Assembly (NCBI GenBank): GCA_029717555.1
Contig: JAMDHS010000012.1
Coordinates: forward strand, 1-64,000
Length of the DNA: 64,000 nucleotides
From: Peribolospora baueri
Taxonomy: Eukaryota
Direction: 5' to 3'
The position numbers and the translations under genes were made by a program. Positions 21,417 to 38,353 of this stretch are shown piece after piece. The notes under the pieces were generated by a model, which saw nothing but the letters and a program-made list of their open reading frames with translations, was not told the DNA's origin and did not search any database. Position 1 is the first letter of the stretch. Every line of letters begins with the position of its first letter.

Positions 21417-23155
21417 GGCGGGTGTTGGAGATTGGAGGCGACGAGCACCGTGGTTACGCGGTGGAAAGCGGACATGGAAAGGTGGATTATGCGACGAGGG
21501 TCATCCAGGACGAAGAGGAGGAGGAGGACGACGACGACGACACTGCGCGATCCATGATGACGCCCGTATCTCTGGCTCTTTCGGCGCCGGACAGCGACGG
21601 TGGCGCAAGTGAGCGGAGCCTGTGTCGACTCGACTGGTGACGAGAGCGTCGTCGTCCGTCTGTGTCCTCGCTCGTCGGTTCTGACTTGACTTTGTCTTCT
21701 TCCCTCGCGGAGCGTACATACATATATGCATGCATACATACATGCACACGACGAACGCTTGGGATCATCCGTCGTTTACACTGCCCTGTACTGTACTTAC
21801 TGGACAATCCTTGCGTATACCGTCTCCGCGGGCGCGGTCGAACTCGAACTGGGTGCATTTACTATGAGCGACGAGAGCTGGGCTAGGCCAGGCCATGTGA
21901 TGCCGCGTGCGGCGGTGGTGGTGGCGGTGGGGGTTTCGGCTCGAGTGGTGTGAGGATAGGATAGGATGGGAAACGCGGGCCGTCTCGACGACGTCCATTC
22001 GCTTAGATAAGGCCGGCTGGGAAAAATAAAAAGTCCGAGGGGTTGTTTCAGCTCGGCGGTCGGGGTTGTCCCACGGGGGAGGGCGTTTGCCGCCGGCGGG
22101 CCTGGAGGAGTAAGCGGCCGATCGAAGTGAAAGTGGAAGTCGACGTCGAAATAAAACAGGCAGCGAAGATCAAGGAAGGTGCGTCGTGCGTGAGTCGTCC
22201 GGTCCTTCGGTCGAGGCGAAGCCGCGCTTCGCTCGGAGGCTTCTTTGAGCCCGATCTCGCTCTCGCTCGCGGTCGCGACGTTGGGCGATCGATCGCCGAT
22301 GCGAAACCGCCAAGCACGGAAGGAGGAGCCGGCCGAGAGTTATGTAAGCCGCGCGAGGCGAGGGATGAGCACGAGGATGAGGATAAACATGAGGATGAGC
22401 ATGAGCGGCGCGACGGGGCAGGGCAGGGCAGGGACGAGTTGAAGCGGGTGAGTCAAGTGGTGAGTCAACGGATATTTTGAGTCGTTTTGTAGAAGGAGCA
22501 TAGCGCGAGTTGAGTGAGGGAATGAATTGAGTGTGGGTTGAGTGTATGCTAGTTAATTTAATGCCGCTGCACGCCTTTACCCGCCGTCGTCTTCCTATGT
22601 CTCTCTCGGCCGCGCCTATCCGTCCGTCGGCTCCTCCTCCGTCGAACCGTCGAGAGCCGCGAGTTCGCAACTCCCACTCGCAACTCCAACTACCACTCCC
22701 TCACCCACTCCCTCTCCCTCTCCCTCGCCCTCGCCCTTCTCCGCCTTGCTCGCTTCCTCATCGCCCGTCTCGCACCGCGGCGCGGTCCAGATCCACCCGC
22801 CCAAGCGCATGCCCAACCTCGGCTTCGGATTCGGCCCCACCGCTCCGTGCTCGGTCATCCCATCGCCGCCCCCACCCCAGCCCTCCGTCCCACAACCCCC
22901 TTCTCTTTTTACCACCACCACCAACCCTCGCCCGCCCGTCATCATCCCCCACGCTTCCCACCACCGCCTCAAGCCTGCACGCCGCCCCCTCGCCATCCAC
23001 CGCTAAACATACACGCCCCATCGCGGCGCCTGCCAACGCGGCCACCGGCCGACCGCGGACGGACGGGCGGACGAACAGCGGAACGGACGGATAGATAGAC
23101 GAACACACGAACACACGAACAGACAGACAGACAATCCGAAGCAAAAGAGACAAAC

Positions 23156-26100
23156 ATGGCAGATCCACCCACCACCACCAAGCTCTTCGATTGGACGCCG
23201 CCCAAGCCCGAGACCGACGCCGACTGGGCTCGCTTCCTCGTCGCCTACCAGCGCGGTTTCCCCGATCCCGGTCCTCCTCCTTCCTCCTTGCCCGCCCCGC
23301 CCGCCGCGCAACGGATAAAGGCCGACGGCGGCGGCACCGGCGCGTCCAAGGCCGCCAAAGCGATCACGATCGTCGGCGCGACCGCCATGGCCGCTGTCGG
23401 CCGTCATGCGAGGAAAGCCGCCGGCAGGGCTCAGGCGAACGGGCGAGGGGCGGACGAGGAAGCGGACGACAAGGACGACGACGACGACGACGACCGGGAT
23501 CCGTCGGACGGCGACGTCGCGAGCGTCCGCGTAACCGCCGGCGCCAAGTCCATGTCTCTGCCCGGTGAGCGTAAACGGGCGCTTGGAGACCCACTCCCGT
23601 CGTCCTGTCCTTCCTTCTCGCCCATCCACTGACTCCCATCATCCTCCGTTCGCCCCCGACCCAGAGTTTTACGACCTCTTCGGTTACCTCCCAGCGCCCC
23701 GACCGCCGAACCAGATGCTTCGGCTCACCGCTCTGTGAGTTCTTTGCGCACTGTCTGCCGCATGGAAGAAGGCACTTGGCTCATTCCACTCACTCCTGCG
23801 TCCGTCTCGGCTCCATCCCCGCTTTTGCGCCGCTGGCCTTCCCCTTCTTCAGACGCCGCTACGGACTCGACTCGTCCTCCCGTCGCGCCTTCCTCGAGCC
23901 CTACACCGAATTGGCCCGCACGCTGCTCAGGACGCGCATATGCAACGTCAGCATCATCACCGAGGACGAGCTCTTCGTTCCCGCCTCCGACGGCTCCGCC
24001 GTCACTTTTCAGGATCGGAAACAAGCAGGTACGTGCTCCCACGTCCGCCTGGCTGCTCTCCCGCCGGACGACATCCGCGTCCCTTCGCATCGCCCACCGA
24101 CCTCGTTTTTCCTTCGCCCCTTCGCCTCGACAGTCTGCCCTCATGCGCTCCTCTTCGCCGATAAGGGCGTCTTCGTCGTCAAGGACATGGCCGAGGACTG
24201 GCGGTTCGCCAAGAGCGTGAGTCGGCGTCCCGGCCGGCCGCGCATTCTCTTCCGTCACTGAACCCCGTCTCGTCTTTTCCTTCCTCCCCTTCTCGTAGCC
24301 CATCATCAAACAGTACACCGAGGAATGCGGCGCCGAGCCCCGCTTCTATGCGGGCGCGCCCCTCGTCCTGAGGGGCGAGGCGTTTGGGGAGGGGACCGTC
24401 ATCGGCGTGCTCGCTCTTTTCGACCCGGAGGTGAGAAAGATGTTACGTTTCGCCCTCCCCGTCGCGCTCATCGGCTGAGCGGTCTTTTTCCTTTGCATTC
24501 CCTGGCGTGCGTGCGTGCGTTCGTCGGTGTGCCCTTGCCCCTTCAGCCCCGAACCGATTTCACCGAGGTGGAGGGAGGGCAACTGAGCATGATCGCCGAT
24601 ATGGTCGTCCAAGCCATCGAGCGAGCCTTCTACGCGGCGCGCCACACCATCTCCGAGTCGATGGCCAAGGCCACCGTCGGCCTCATCCGCAAGCGCGACG
24701 CCCCGCCACCACCGCCGTACTCCAAGCACGAAGGCGACGATATGGTTATCGACACGGCCGCCGGAGACGACAGTTCGCCGGACCTCACCTCCGAGCTCTT
24801 CCAGGACGGCGTGGACACGATGCGTGACGTGCTCCACGCCGAGTCGGCTTGGGTCATCGACTTGAGCGGCTTCCACCTGAGCTACCAGAGCGGCACTAGC
24901 CCTTTGCCCTCTTCTGACGACGACGAGGTGAGCAACACGACGGAAAGCGAGGACGACGACGTGCAGGGCCACGACTACCACCACCACCAGCCGTCCAGTC
25001 GTCCCTGTTCGCCCTCTCCGTCCCGAACCCCGCCGCTCGACGTCCCCGACGCGATCACACCCTCATTCATCACGTACAAGCCGCGAAGGAGCGTAAGCGC
25101 CGACGCCGACGCCGTCGTCGTGTCCGCCGCCCGCTTCTCTGCGGACCGTCCGGTACCCTTGCTGGCGTCGAGCGTGTCCGACGGCGCCAAGCCGCGACGT
25201 CGGACTCTCCGTCTGACCGGCGCTCGAGCGCGCTCCTCGATCGCCACCTACCTCCGTCACTTGCAGGAGCACCGTCTGGCGGGCGAGAAGGAGGACACGC
25301 ATACCCACGTGCTCCGCTCCTCCGAGACGCCTCGCTACCTCCTCCGGCCTATCATGCCCGACGGCGGCAGCGGCACGTTCATGGTCGTCCCCGTCTTCGA
25401 GCTCGACCAGCAACCGGCCTTCCTCCTTCTCGTCGTCTTCGAGTCGCCCTACGAGATGGTCGAAGAGATTGACAAACGCTTCGCCGAGCAGCTCGGTGCG
25501 ATCCTCTTGGGCAGCTTTATCCGCGAACGTGTGCACGCCGTCGACCGCGCCCAGATTCGGTTCATTCAGCAGATGCAGCACGAGACGAGGACACCGCTCA
25601 ACGGCATCCTCGGCAGCGTCGAGATGATCTCCCAGAGCCTCTCGGCGCATCATGCGGCGGCGGACAACAAGGACAAGGCCAAGACTAAGGGTGGCGGCGG
25701 CGGTGGGCCCTGCTATTCGCCTTCGCCTGAGTTCCTCGCTTACGAGGCCGAGCTCGAGGAACACGTCAACGCCATCGCCGTCAGCGGCAGGACGCTCAAA
25801 ATCATATTAGATGGTGAGCGTCCCCGATCAAAGAATATATATCGAGCGGAGTGGGCGGGCCTCTGTCTATCCACGTCTTCGAAAGAAAGATTTCTTGAGT
25901 CCATTCATTCATTTCTGTGGTTTCTGGGTTTTTTTCCCCCTTCTTCTCCACCGTGGACGCGCAGATGTTTTGGAATTTGGCAAGGTGCGTAAGACTTGTT
26001 AGATAGAGTTGGAGTGCGCGGGACACGCTTCGTCGCTCATCTTTTCCCGCTCGTTTCCACAGGTTGTAGGCTTCTCGCCCCGGTCGTCGTCTCCCCCACC

Positions 26101-28149
26101 CGGCAAGGACGCGTCTTCGCGGTCTTCGGTCCTCGACGACGACGTCAAGGAGGAGAGGCTCAACGTCGGCTCAATGATGGAGGCTGTGGCGCGGCAAGAG
26201 TGGAATGACCGAATCCAAAAGCTCCCACTCACGCCCTCTCCCGGCTCTGTGGATAAAGACGCGGCGACGACACCGGAGATGCTCGTGCCCGAGCTCATCG
26301 TCAACCTTCCGCCAAAACACGAAATGACGGTCTCGTGCGCCGGTCCTGACATTCGGAGGTGGGTGGGCCCTTGTCCGTTTTCCTGAATGGCCGTCGGCGT
26401 GTGTGTGTGCGCGCGCGCGCGTGTGTGTCCCATCCGACCTGACCATCGTTCCTTCGCTCACCTTTCAGGATCCTGCACAAGCTCATCTCAAACGCTCTCA
26501 AGTTCACCCGAGAGGGCTACGTCGAGCTCTGCCTCCGCGCGGTAAAGGAGACCGGCAAGGGCGGAACGTATCTCGAATTCGTCGTCGACGACACGGGCTC
26601 GGGCATGTCCAAGAGTTTCATCGACCAGAAGCTCTTCAAGCCTTTCAGCAAGGCTGACGCCTTCTCCGCTGGCGCCGGCCTGTCGATGACGTTGTGTGCT
26701 GTGAGTGGGCCGGTCGTCGATTCAGCCCAGACTCAACCCGAGCTTAGTTCGAGTTCCGAGTTCCGTCGTCGTGCTTACGCTCCGCTCCTTCCTCTGTCTC
26801 GCTGTCTGCAGACCATCATCAAGCGCATCGGCGGGACACTTCGCGTGCAAAGCGAGGCCGGCGTCGGAACGCGCGTCGTGTGCTCTATTCCCGTAAAGTC
26901 TCCGTCTCGCCGGCCCGAGGCGTACGACGAGAGCGCTAAGGGCGTCCGCGTCGTCCTCGTCGGCTTCAAGGACACGTCTGGCCGGCGTCTCGCACCCGTC
27001 ATTCGACAGCAGGTTGGCCATGCGGGCATCATCGTCGTCTCCAATCTGGCCATGGCTGACCTCGTTATCTTCCGCGGCGACTCGCCGGACCAAGACCTGG
27101 CCCGGCTCAAACAGCACCTGGGCGGATGCAAGCCCACTGTCGAGGTCATCTATCTCACCACCGCCGGTGCGAAGGCAGCCACGGCGTTCCCCTCCGTCGT
27201 CTCAGTGCCATTCCACGTCGCCCATCGTCCTTACGGCCCCACCGCGTTCTCCGTCATCCTCTCCGTAGCGTCCTCCGTAAAAGCGCGGATGTCCTCAGGC
27301 CCGGCGAGTCCGACGATGACGATGACGACGACGACGACGACTGAGGAACAGCGAGGGCAGTCCTTGTTCCCGTCCGTCTCGTCTTACTTCCCTCCTGTCG
27401 AGACAGCCGCTTTCGCCAGCCTCGCTGTCGACTCTGGCCCGATCCTGTCGGCTCAGCCAGTGAAAAACGTCTCGAGGAGCAGCTTGTTGACGACGCCAAT
27501 GTCGGCGGAGGAGACGCCGTCACCACCGTACTCTTCCATACGTCCTCCAGGCTGGTACGATCCTCGCGAGGAGCCCTTCACGGCCCTCGTCGTCGAGGAC
27601 AACCCGCTGAACCTGCGCATTCTCACCGCTTTACTCAAGCGGCACAATATTCCTTTCATCGAGGCTTACAACGGCCTCGGCGCCGTCGAGGCCTTCAAGG
27701 CTTACCTTCCCTCCGTCACTCTCCTCGACATCTCCATGCCCGTCATGGACGGCTTTGAAGCGTCGAGGCTCATTCGCGAGGTACCGACCCGCCGCCGGCA
27801 TCGAATCGTCGCCATTACCGCACTCTCTTCCCCCGTGGACAAGAAGCGAGGCCTGCTCGACTGCCGCATGGACGGCTGGATCACCAAGCCGGTCGTCATC
27901 AAAGCTCTCTCGAACGATCTCAGCGCGTGGAAGAAGGAGTGGGACGAGGAGGTCGGTCACCTGTCTCCGACCAGCACCGACTCGGCCGGGTCTGGCGATC
28001 CTGATCAGCCGGCTGCGACGACGGCGGTCGTACCTTCGCTCTCCGATCTCGCCGTCGGCGGCCGTGGCGGCGCGTCGGCCTTGGAATCCCCCGCGCAGAT
28101 TCTGTCTCCCCCTTCCGGCGGCACACTGCACACGCTGCCACCGACTTGA
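23156..28149 (+). CDS. Multi-exon hybrid histidine kinase (GAF - HisKA - HATPase - receiver)
   Basis: GAF motifs TVCPHALL, FVVKDMAEDWRFAK and RFYAGAPL. H-box QHETRTPLNGILG, N-box KLISNALKFT, G1 VDDTGSGMS, F-box LFKPFSKAD, G2 GAGLS. Receiver LVVEDNPLN...LLDISMPVMDGFEA...ITALS...ITKP. A 20-nt micro-exon lies at about 25965-25984. Confidence 0.9.
26397..26428. repeat. Alternating purine-pyrimidine tract (GT)n(GC)n(GT)n in a histidine-kinase intron
   Basis: gcgtgtgtgtgtgcgcgcgcgcgcgtgtgtgt. Confidence 0.8.
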
Positions 28150-28869
28150 TGGCCCTTGCCTCCTTCTCTTTCTTCTTTGGTCACCAACTATTATTTTCCT
28201 CTCTGGAGACGTCGGTTCTTTTCCTCGGTGTTCACTTCGGTTCATGATTACAACGCTTTTTCTTCTCTTTCCCGGGTCACCGTCCGTCATCGTACATGTC
28301 TATTTGCGGATCTGTCTCCCACTCCGTCCGTGTCTTCTCTCCTTCGGCCTGCCCTGCTCAGCAGCTCATAGTTTCCCACCGTCCCTTCCTTCGCTCCCTG
28401 GCATGTCATGATACCACGCACCACCCTTGACACTGCTCCTCCCCCAACCGACTCTTTTCGCATCGCTCTTCCCGCTCTGTACTTTACTAAAGCTTGGTTC
28501 GCTATCGCCTCCCTCGTATCGTTTGGGTCTCGTCTTTTTCGTCTTCTATTCTTCCCGGTCTCGCCCTTTGTCGCCCTTTGTCGCTTTTTTTTTCGGGTTC
28601 TTGGTCTCTGTTAGGTAATCTTGCCCCCCCTTGGTTTGTTTGATAGAATCATTCTATCTAACCCTTTCGGAGCAGCGCACATCGGCTCTCTATCTCGGAT
28701 CGCGCACGTCGCTCGAGGAGAACACGATGGCCGAACATGCCGACACCCCCACCGCCACGATTCCGTCGGCACCCCTCTCGTTCTTCCTTCTTACAGACGT
28801 CGGGCGACGGTCACAAAAAAGAAAACTCAAACCACCTCACTCGATCCGGGCTCGCGCCGCGTGCAGTCT

Positions 28870-29090
28870 GCTGCTTGGGATCTAGCTCATTCTCAAGAAC
28901 TTAAGGATTTTTGGTCACTTACAAGAAGTACACCAATATTTATTTATAGTGCAGTCACTCTTTGCTTTATTTCTATAATTTATGGTTTCCAACGACTAGC
29001 AGACTTCTTAGATGTACATGTTAATACTGCTAAACGAATTACAAAATCTGGTCTAGTTTATGCTAACCAATATATAATTTCTTTAGTGCC
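28870..29090 (+). mobile_element. AT-rich insert, probable nuclear mitochondrial DNA (NUMT): C-terminal NUMOD-like part of a GIY-YIG intron homing endonuclease
   Basis: Abrupt AT-rich block in GC-rich DNA with A/T-ending codons, reading HSQELKDFWSLTRSTPIFIYSAVTLCFISIIYGFQRLADFLDVHVNTAKRITKSGLVYANQYIISL. This resembles a NUMOD3-like HS.E.K motif followed by a NUMOD1-like P.(Y/F).Y...A.FL..H..T..R..KSG..Y.N.YIIS motif. Confidence 0.7.
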
Positions 29091-29620
29091 CCCCCGTGTT
29101 CGTCGTCCCCTTCGTCGCCATGATGCTCTCGGACGGCGATGGACCCCCGACCCGACCCGAAGTCCCTTTCTGTTCAAACCGGTTTTTGGTCCGATACGAT
29201 CCGTCGTGTCGTGTCGCCTCTAGGTTTGTCACTCGACGACCACCGCCACAAGCCCAGAGGTGAAGTTTTGGCAGACAGCGAACCGTCCCGTAGCTGAGGT
29301 TGCTCGCTCTTTGACTCCGATGACCGATCTGCATGTACCAACGATGCAATGCCTCTTTCTTTGCTCGCGATTTTGTCCTTGAATCACTGCCCGTTCTCCA
29401 GGTTCGATGTTTCCTCGTCGATGCTCGCCAAGCCGATCTATCTTCCACAGACCGGGAATGACCACCGGCCTACGCCGCCAGTTACGGCGGTTCACCGCTG
29501 CCTTCCACTGCCGTTGAGCGTTTCGTCGTGCCACGTTTGGTTCCATTCCAAGGTTCGAATTCCAAGGAGAAGACGACGAGGACACGCGTCCCAGGTTGGT
29601 TGCTGCCCGTCGTCGTCCGT

Positions 29621-34064
<4,444 letters not shown>

Positions 34065-34142
34065 GCCTCGTCGCTGGTCACCCGTGCAAGCAAGCGTTTC
34101 CCCGCTTCTCGGCAACCAGTTCGATGTCGCACTTGCTCGTTT

Positions 34143-34148
34143 ACGCGT
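34143..34148. promoter_or_regulatory. MCB-like element ACGCGT in the divergent RecQ/MRC1 intergenic region (a second, ACGCGA-type site at 34205-34210)
   Basis: Exact ACGCGT 79 bp upstream of the RecQ ATG. MCBs drive G1/S replication genes in ascomycete yeasts. A 6-mer alone is weak evidence. Confidence 0.35.
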
Positions 34149-34532
34149 TACCCGTCGTGTACGCGGCACTCAACACGCCGGCTGCGGCAAGTCGGGGCGC
34201 GAGCTCGCGTCTCCCCAGACCTCCCTGGAACGTCTTCCCTCTCATCACTCAGACTTCTCCTCCCCTCCTTCTCTTCTTCTTTGTCAATTTCGTAGTTCTC
34301 CTCTTCTCTCTCAGCTAGTTTAACACGGTACCGCCCTCGTTGCCCACCTGTCTCTTTCATTATCGTCATCGTCAAAGCGTGCTACCTGTTGTCCGTACGT
34401 ATCATGCCGTGCGCGCCCTTCTTTTCGCATGTCACCTCTTCTGATCCCTGCCTCGGTGGCAATTACGTGACATGACTTTGACGTACTCTTATTTGTTGGC
34501 AGTTTTACCCCTTAATATATTGGCTCGCGCCT

Positions 34533-37500
34533 ATGACTTCCCCAAACGGCGATGGCTCCCCCGTCGCCTCCCCTTCGGGAGGACGCGGCAAGGAGGGTCG
34601 GAGGAAGCCCAAGGTAGGATGACTATTTGCGTTGTAATCCTCGTGCCGGCATCACCCTGACTTTCACTGCTCATGCTATCTTTCACCGTTTGTGTGTCTT
34701 GATGCAGGGCTTGAATAAGAAGGAGTTGGATGAAATGCACCGGACCTCGGCCCGCCTCGCCAGGGGTCAGTTCTACGAACTCGCGCCTGATCTCCCTGCT
34801 TGAAACAATTGCTGACGTCTCAGTTCTGTGCGCATCGTTGGTTCAGGGATGGAAGCGCACGTACCTCGCGCAGAGGTAAAACGAATGAGTATTACCGACA
34901 TCTTCTCCAAGTTCCAGATGCCGGGAGGCGATAGCTCTCGAGACAAGCAATCTTCACCAGCAGCCGAAAAATCACCATTGTCCGACCCAATCGAATGCGA
35001 CAGCGAACAGCCGTTTGCCTTTGTGTCAGACGGCAGCAACGCGATCATGGATTCAGGCGGCAAAAGCAAGAGCCTTGTAGTCAGCACGTCATCCCGCAAA
35101 ACGTCTCGAGCTCGTCCCGACGTCACTGGGCTCACTCACGAAGAAGTCTCGGCTGCGGCTCTCCGCCGAGCTCAGCTTCAGAGTGCGGATATTCGAGCGA
35201 AGAAGGAGAAGGAATTCGGTATCCGCCACTCACTCAAGGAAGACGAAGGTGGGAAGGGCAAAGAGCACGAAAGGGGAGAGGGTGAGGAAGGAGAGAAAAA
35301 GGGAGGGGACAAGCAAGACGAGGATGTTGACGACGGCGACGGCAACGACGATGAGGATTTTGCCCTCAGCGGAGAGGACGACAACGAGGACGACGACGAC
35401 CCCGTTCTTGACGCAGAAGAAGCAGGGAAGGAAAGGGACGACGAAGAGAAGCGGGGAGACGGTTCCCATGTTCTCCACGAGGAGAATGACGGGGACAAAG
35501 ACGATGAGGGTGAAAGGGAAGAGGACGAGGACGAGCAGGAGCACATCCGAGCAAGGAGAAAACGTCAAGGGGCTCGGAAGTTTAGGCTAGAGGACAGTGA
35601 GAACGAGGAGGGCGGGCGCGAGGACGGAGAAGAGGACGTCAGGGATGAGGCGGAAAAGGGTGACGGATCGGGCAAAGGGCAGAGGGAGGGCGAGGATGAT
35701 ACAGAGAAGGGCAGGGACGAAGCAGAGGACGACGAGGATGGGCAGAACGTCGCGCCTGACAACGTTTCTCCGTCGGACCAAGGCTTCACTCAGTTCTTCA
35801 ACGACAGTGGGAGTCAACCTGGCCTGGTCATGGGCCCTGCAGCCTCTGCGATGGGGTTCTCTCCTCTGCGCGACGCGAACGGAACGCAGCATCTGCTTCC
35901 CACCCCTTCCGTCCTGCCATCCCTTCGCATTTCCACGCCTGAACGGGAAGTCAACGATCGCGAGATCGATGCAGTGCAAGCACAACGGCTGCGAGACCAG
36001 CCGGGCAGTGCACCTCGGCAGTACATTAACAAGGATGGGTGAGCGTTTCTCTCATAATATTGGCCTCGGTCTCTGGGCTTGACTCAGTGAAGCTGAAGCG
36101 TCTTAACCTGCTCGTGTCGATCAGGTTATTCACTCAAACGCGTCCGTCTCAGTTGTTCGACTCGCAAAACGACTCCCAACCTCAAGACGTCGGCCCTGCG
36201 TCGCCAGAGTTGTCTCCAAGCCTGCCGACTCCACCAATAGAGACACCCGCTCTGCCGTCGCCATCTTCAAGAAGGAGGCTGAAAAGGCTTGTTCGACATA
36301 ACGGCGATTTCGAGCGGCAAGGCGATCAGCTGATTGCAGACGGCTTCGAGCCTTCCCCGACTCAGCTGGACGATGGGCGAGGGAGGGAGGATGGCGACGA
36401 TGATATCGGAGACCAAGACGAGAGCTCGACTGTCCCAACCACCCGATCCCCTCATGATACTTACATTCCTTCGCCGACTCAGTTGGACGACGGAGGGGAG
36501 AAGGAGGATGACAATGATGAAGCCGGAAACGAAGCCGAGGGCTCAACTTCCCCGACTGTTCGATCCTCTCGCGATGCCTACGCCATCCTGATACAAGGCA
36601 GACAATCGCCGGAGGTCAACTCAGATGACGAGTTATCGGCTGGTCAACAGAAGAAGAAGAAGAGGTCGAAGTACATCGATGCACGTGCCGAAGAGTCTGA
36701 CGAGGATGGCATTCTCGGCGGGTACAGCCGTGGTCTTCACTCCGGCTCGGATGAGGACAGCGATATCGATGAGGAGGATGACGGCTCTGTCGTCGAGGAT
36801 TTGATTGGAGAAGACGATGACGATGAGGAGGAACGGGCGAGGAAGGATGCCCTAGCGAGGGAACGCTACCAGTGAGTCTACTCGCTCTATAGCTGAGAGC
36901 AGGGCAGTATCTGACCGCATCCCCCGTATGACAGGGAGGATGTCACTAAGGATGACGCGGCTAATCAAAAGCTACACCAAGACGCCGTCGCGGGCCGCTT
37001 GCGAAAGAAGCGGCGTGAAGGTGATATGGGTGACTTTCTGGAGTTCGACGAACTGGAGGACGAATTTGGCAGAAAGAGATATCGACGTATTATTGCCAAG
37101 AAGCGAAGGCTCGACGGTGGAGACGATCTCGACGGGCTACGTGAGCGGTTTAAATCTCTTATGAGTGTACGATTTCGCTCGCTTACCTTCGTCGGTCCTA
37201 ATTTTTTCCGCAGTCTCACGCGAGGACACAAAGGCTTTCGCGGAGCATTACAGCGAGACGCACAAAGTCGAAGATCCAGACGAGAAATATGGCTTCTTGC
37301 AGATGGATGCAGAGGGGCAAGGGGAACAAGAGGAAGTCCGAGAAACTGTGTCAGCCGAGAAGCTCCATCGGGAAATTCAAGAGCGCGCCAAGGCGCGGGC
37401 TCGAGCGCGGCCAGTAGTTTCAGACGACGAGGAGGACGACGAGCTGGAGATTGTACCAGACAGTTCGCCGACGGAAGGCGCGCTGTCACTGACGCGCGAC

Positions 37501-38030
37501 GTTGAGGTGCGCTCAACAACGTTCGTGCGCAACCGTCGCACTGCCGATTTCTCGGCCCGGAGCAACTTCCTTCCGAACGGTCGCATGGCCTTTCAAGCCG
37601 CGAACGTCAACGACGCGGACGAGGACGATCTTAAGGTGAGCCCCCATCGTTAGTTTCCAGTGTACGTTTCTGTAAACATGTGGTTGATGAAGTTGGCTTG
37701 CTATCGTTATAGGAGCCCTATCGTGGGTACAAGGCAAAGCCAAGGTCCGAGAAGGAGCGGGAACGCTTGGCACAGTACGCTCTGGAAGAGGGCCAGAACT
37801 CGCGGGGAGGGACGTCCGGCCGGGCCGGCAAGCATTCCTCCGTCACCGGCTTCTCTGCCGCTAAGCGCCCTGCCACCTCCACAACGACGACGAGAACAAG
37901 CGGCCGCAAATCTGGGTCGACGGTCGCCCGCCAAGCAAGTCAGGCTTCTGCTCTTACATCTGGTAAAGTCCAATCAAGGCTAGCAAACTTGATCACCAGG
38001 GACGAGCGCTTCGTCGAGCATTTTGTGTAA
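34533..38030 (+). CDS. MRC1: Mrc1/claspin-like replication checkpoint mediator, about 7 exons
   Basis: LNKKELDEMHRTSARL, acidic tracts, clustered SQ/TQ sites (FTQFF, FTQTRPSQLFDSQNDSQ, PSPTQLDD twice), and the MRC1-like domain SKYIDARAEESDEDG...EDLI...D..KD....QKL.QD...G.LRKKRR...TKAF. The start codon is uncertain. Confidence 0.8.
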
Positions 38031-38353
38031 TTGTAGTCTTGTACTTGGATACCCTCTACATAGTCCACTCTTGTCCTGGAACGGGCCCGATCCCGACTCT
38101 ACTGCGAGAAAGAGGTCCATAGATTGCATAGGGCGAACAGCTCGGCTCATTTACACGTGTCTCCACGTGGCCGACGCGCCTCTCAACACGACCCTGTTGA
38201 TTTATAACGCGCTCGTCGCGCAATCCTTCACCGATCGTGCCGCCCTCTCCACACCATCGCTTCCCTTCTTCTTCTAGTTGCTCTCCTTTGCGACGAGAAC
38301 CCGCCTGCATACGCTTCGGACCGTCCCTGCTCTACCGCCAAGCTCTTCTGAGC

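Noticed and set aside
22043..23168. Pro- or Gly-rich ORFs upstream of the histidine kinase
   Set aside because: Low-complexity promoter/5' UTR sequence with strong purine-pyrimidine strand bias.
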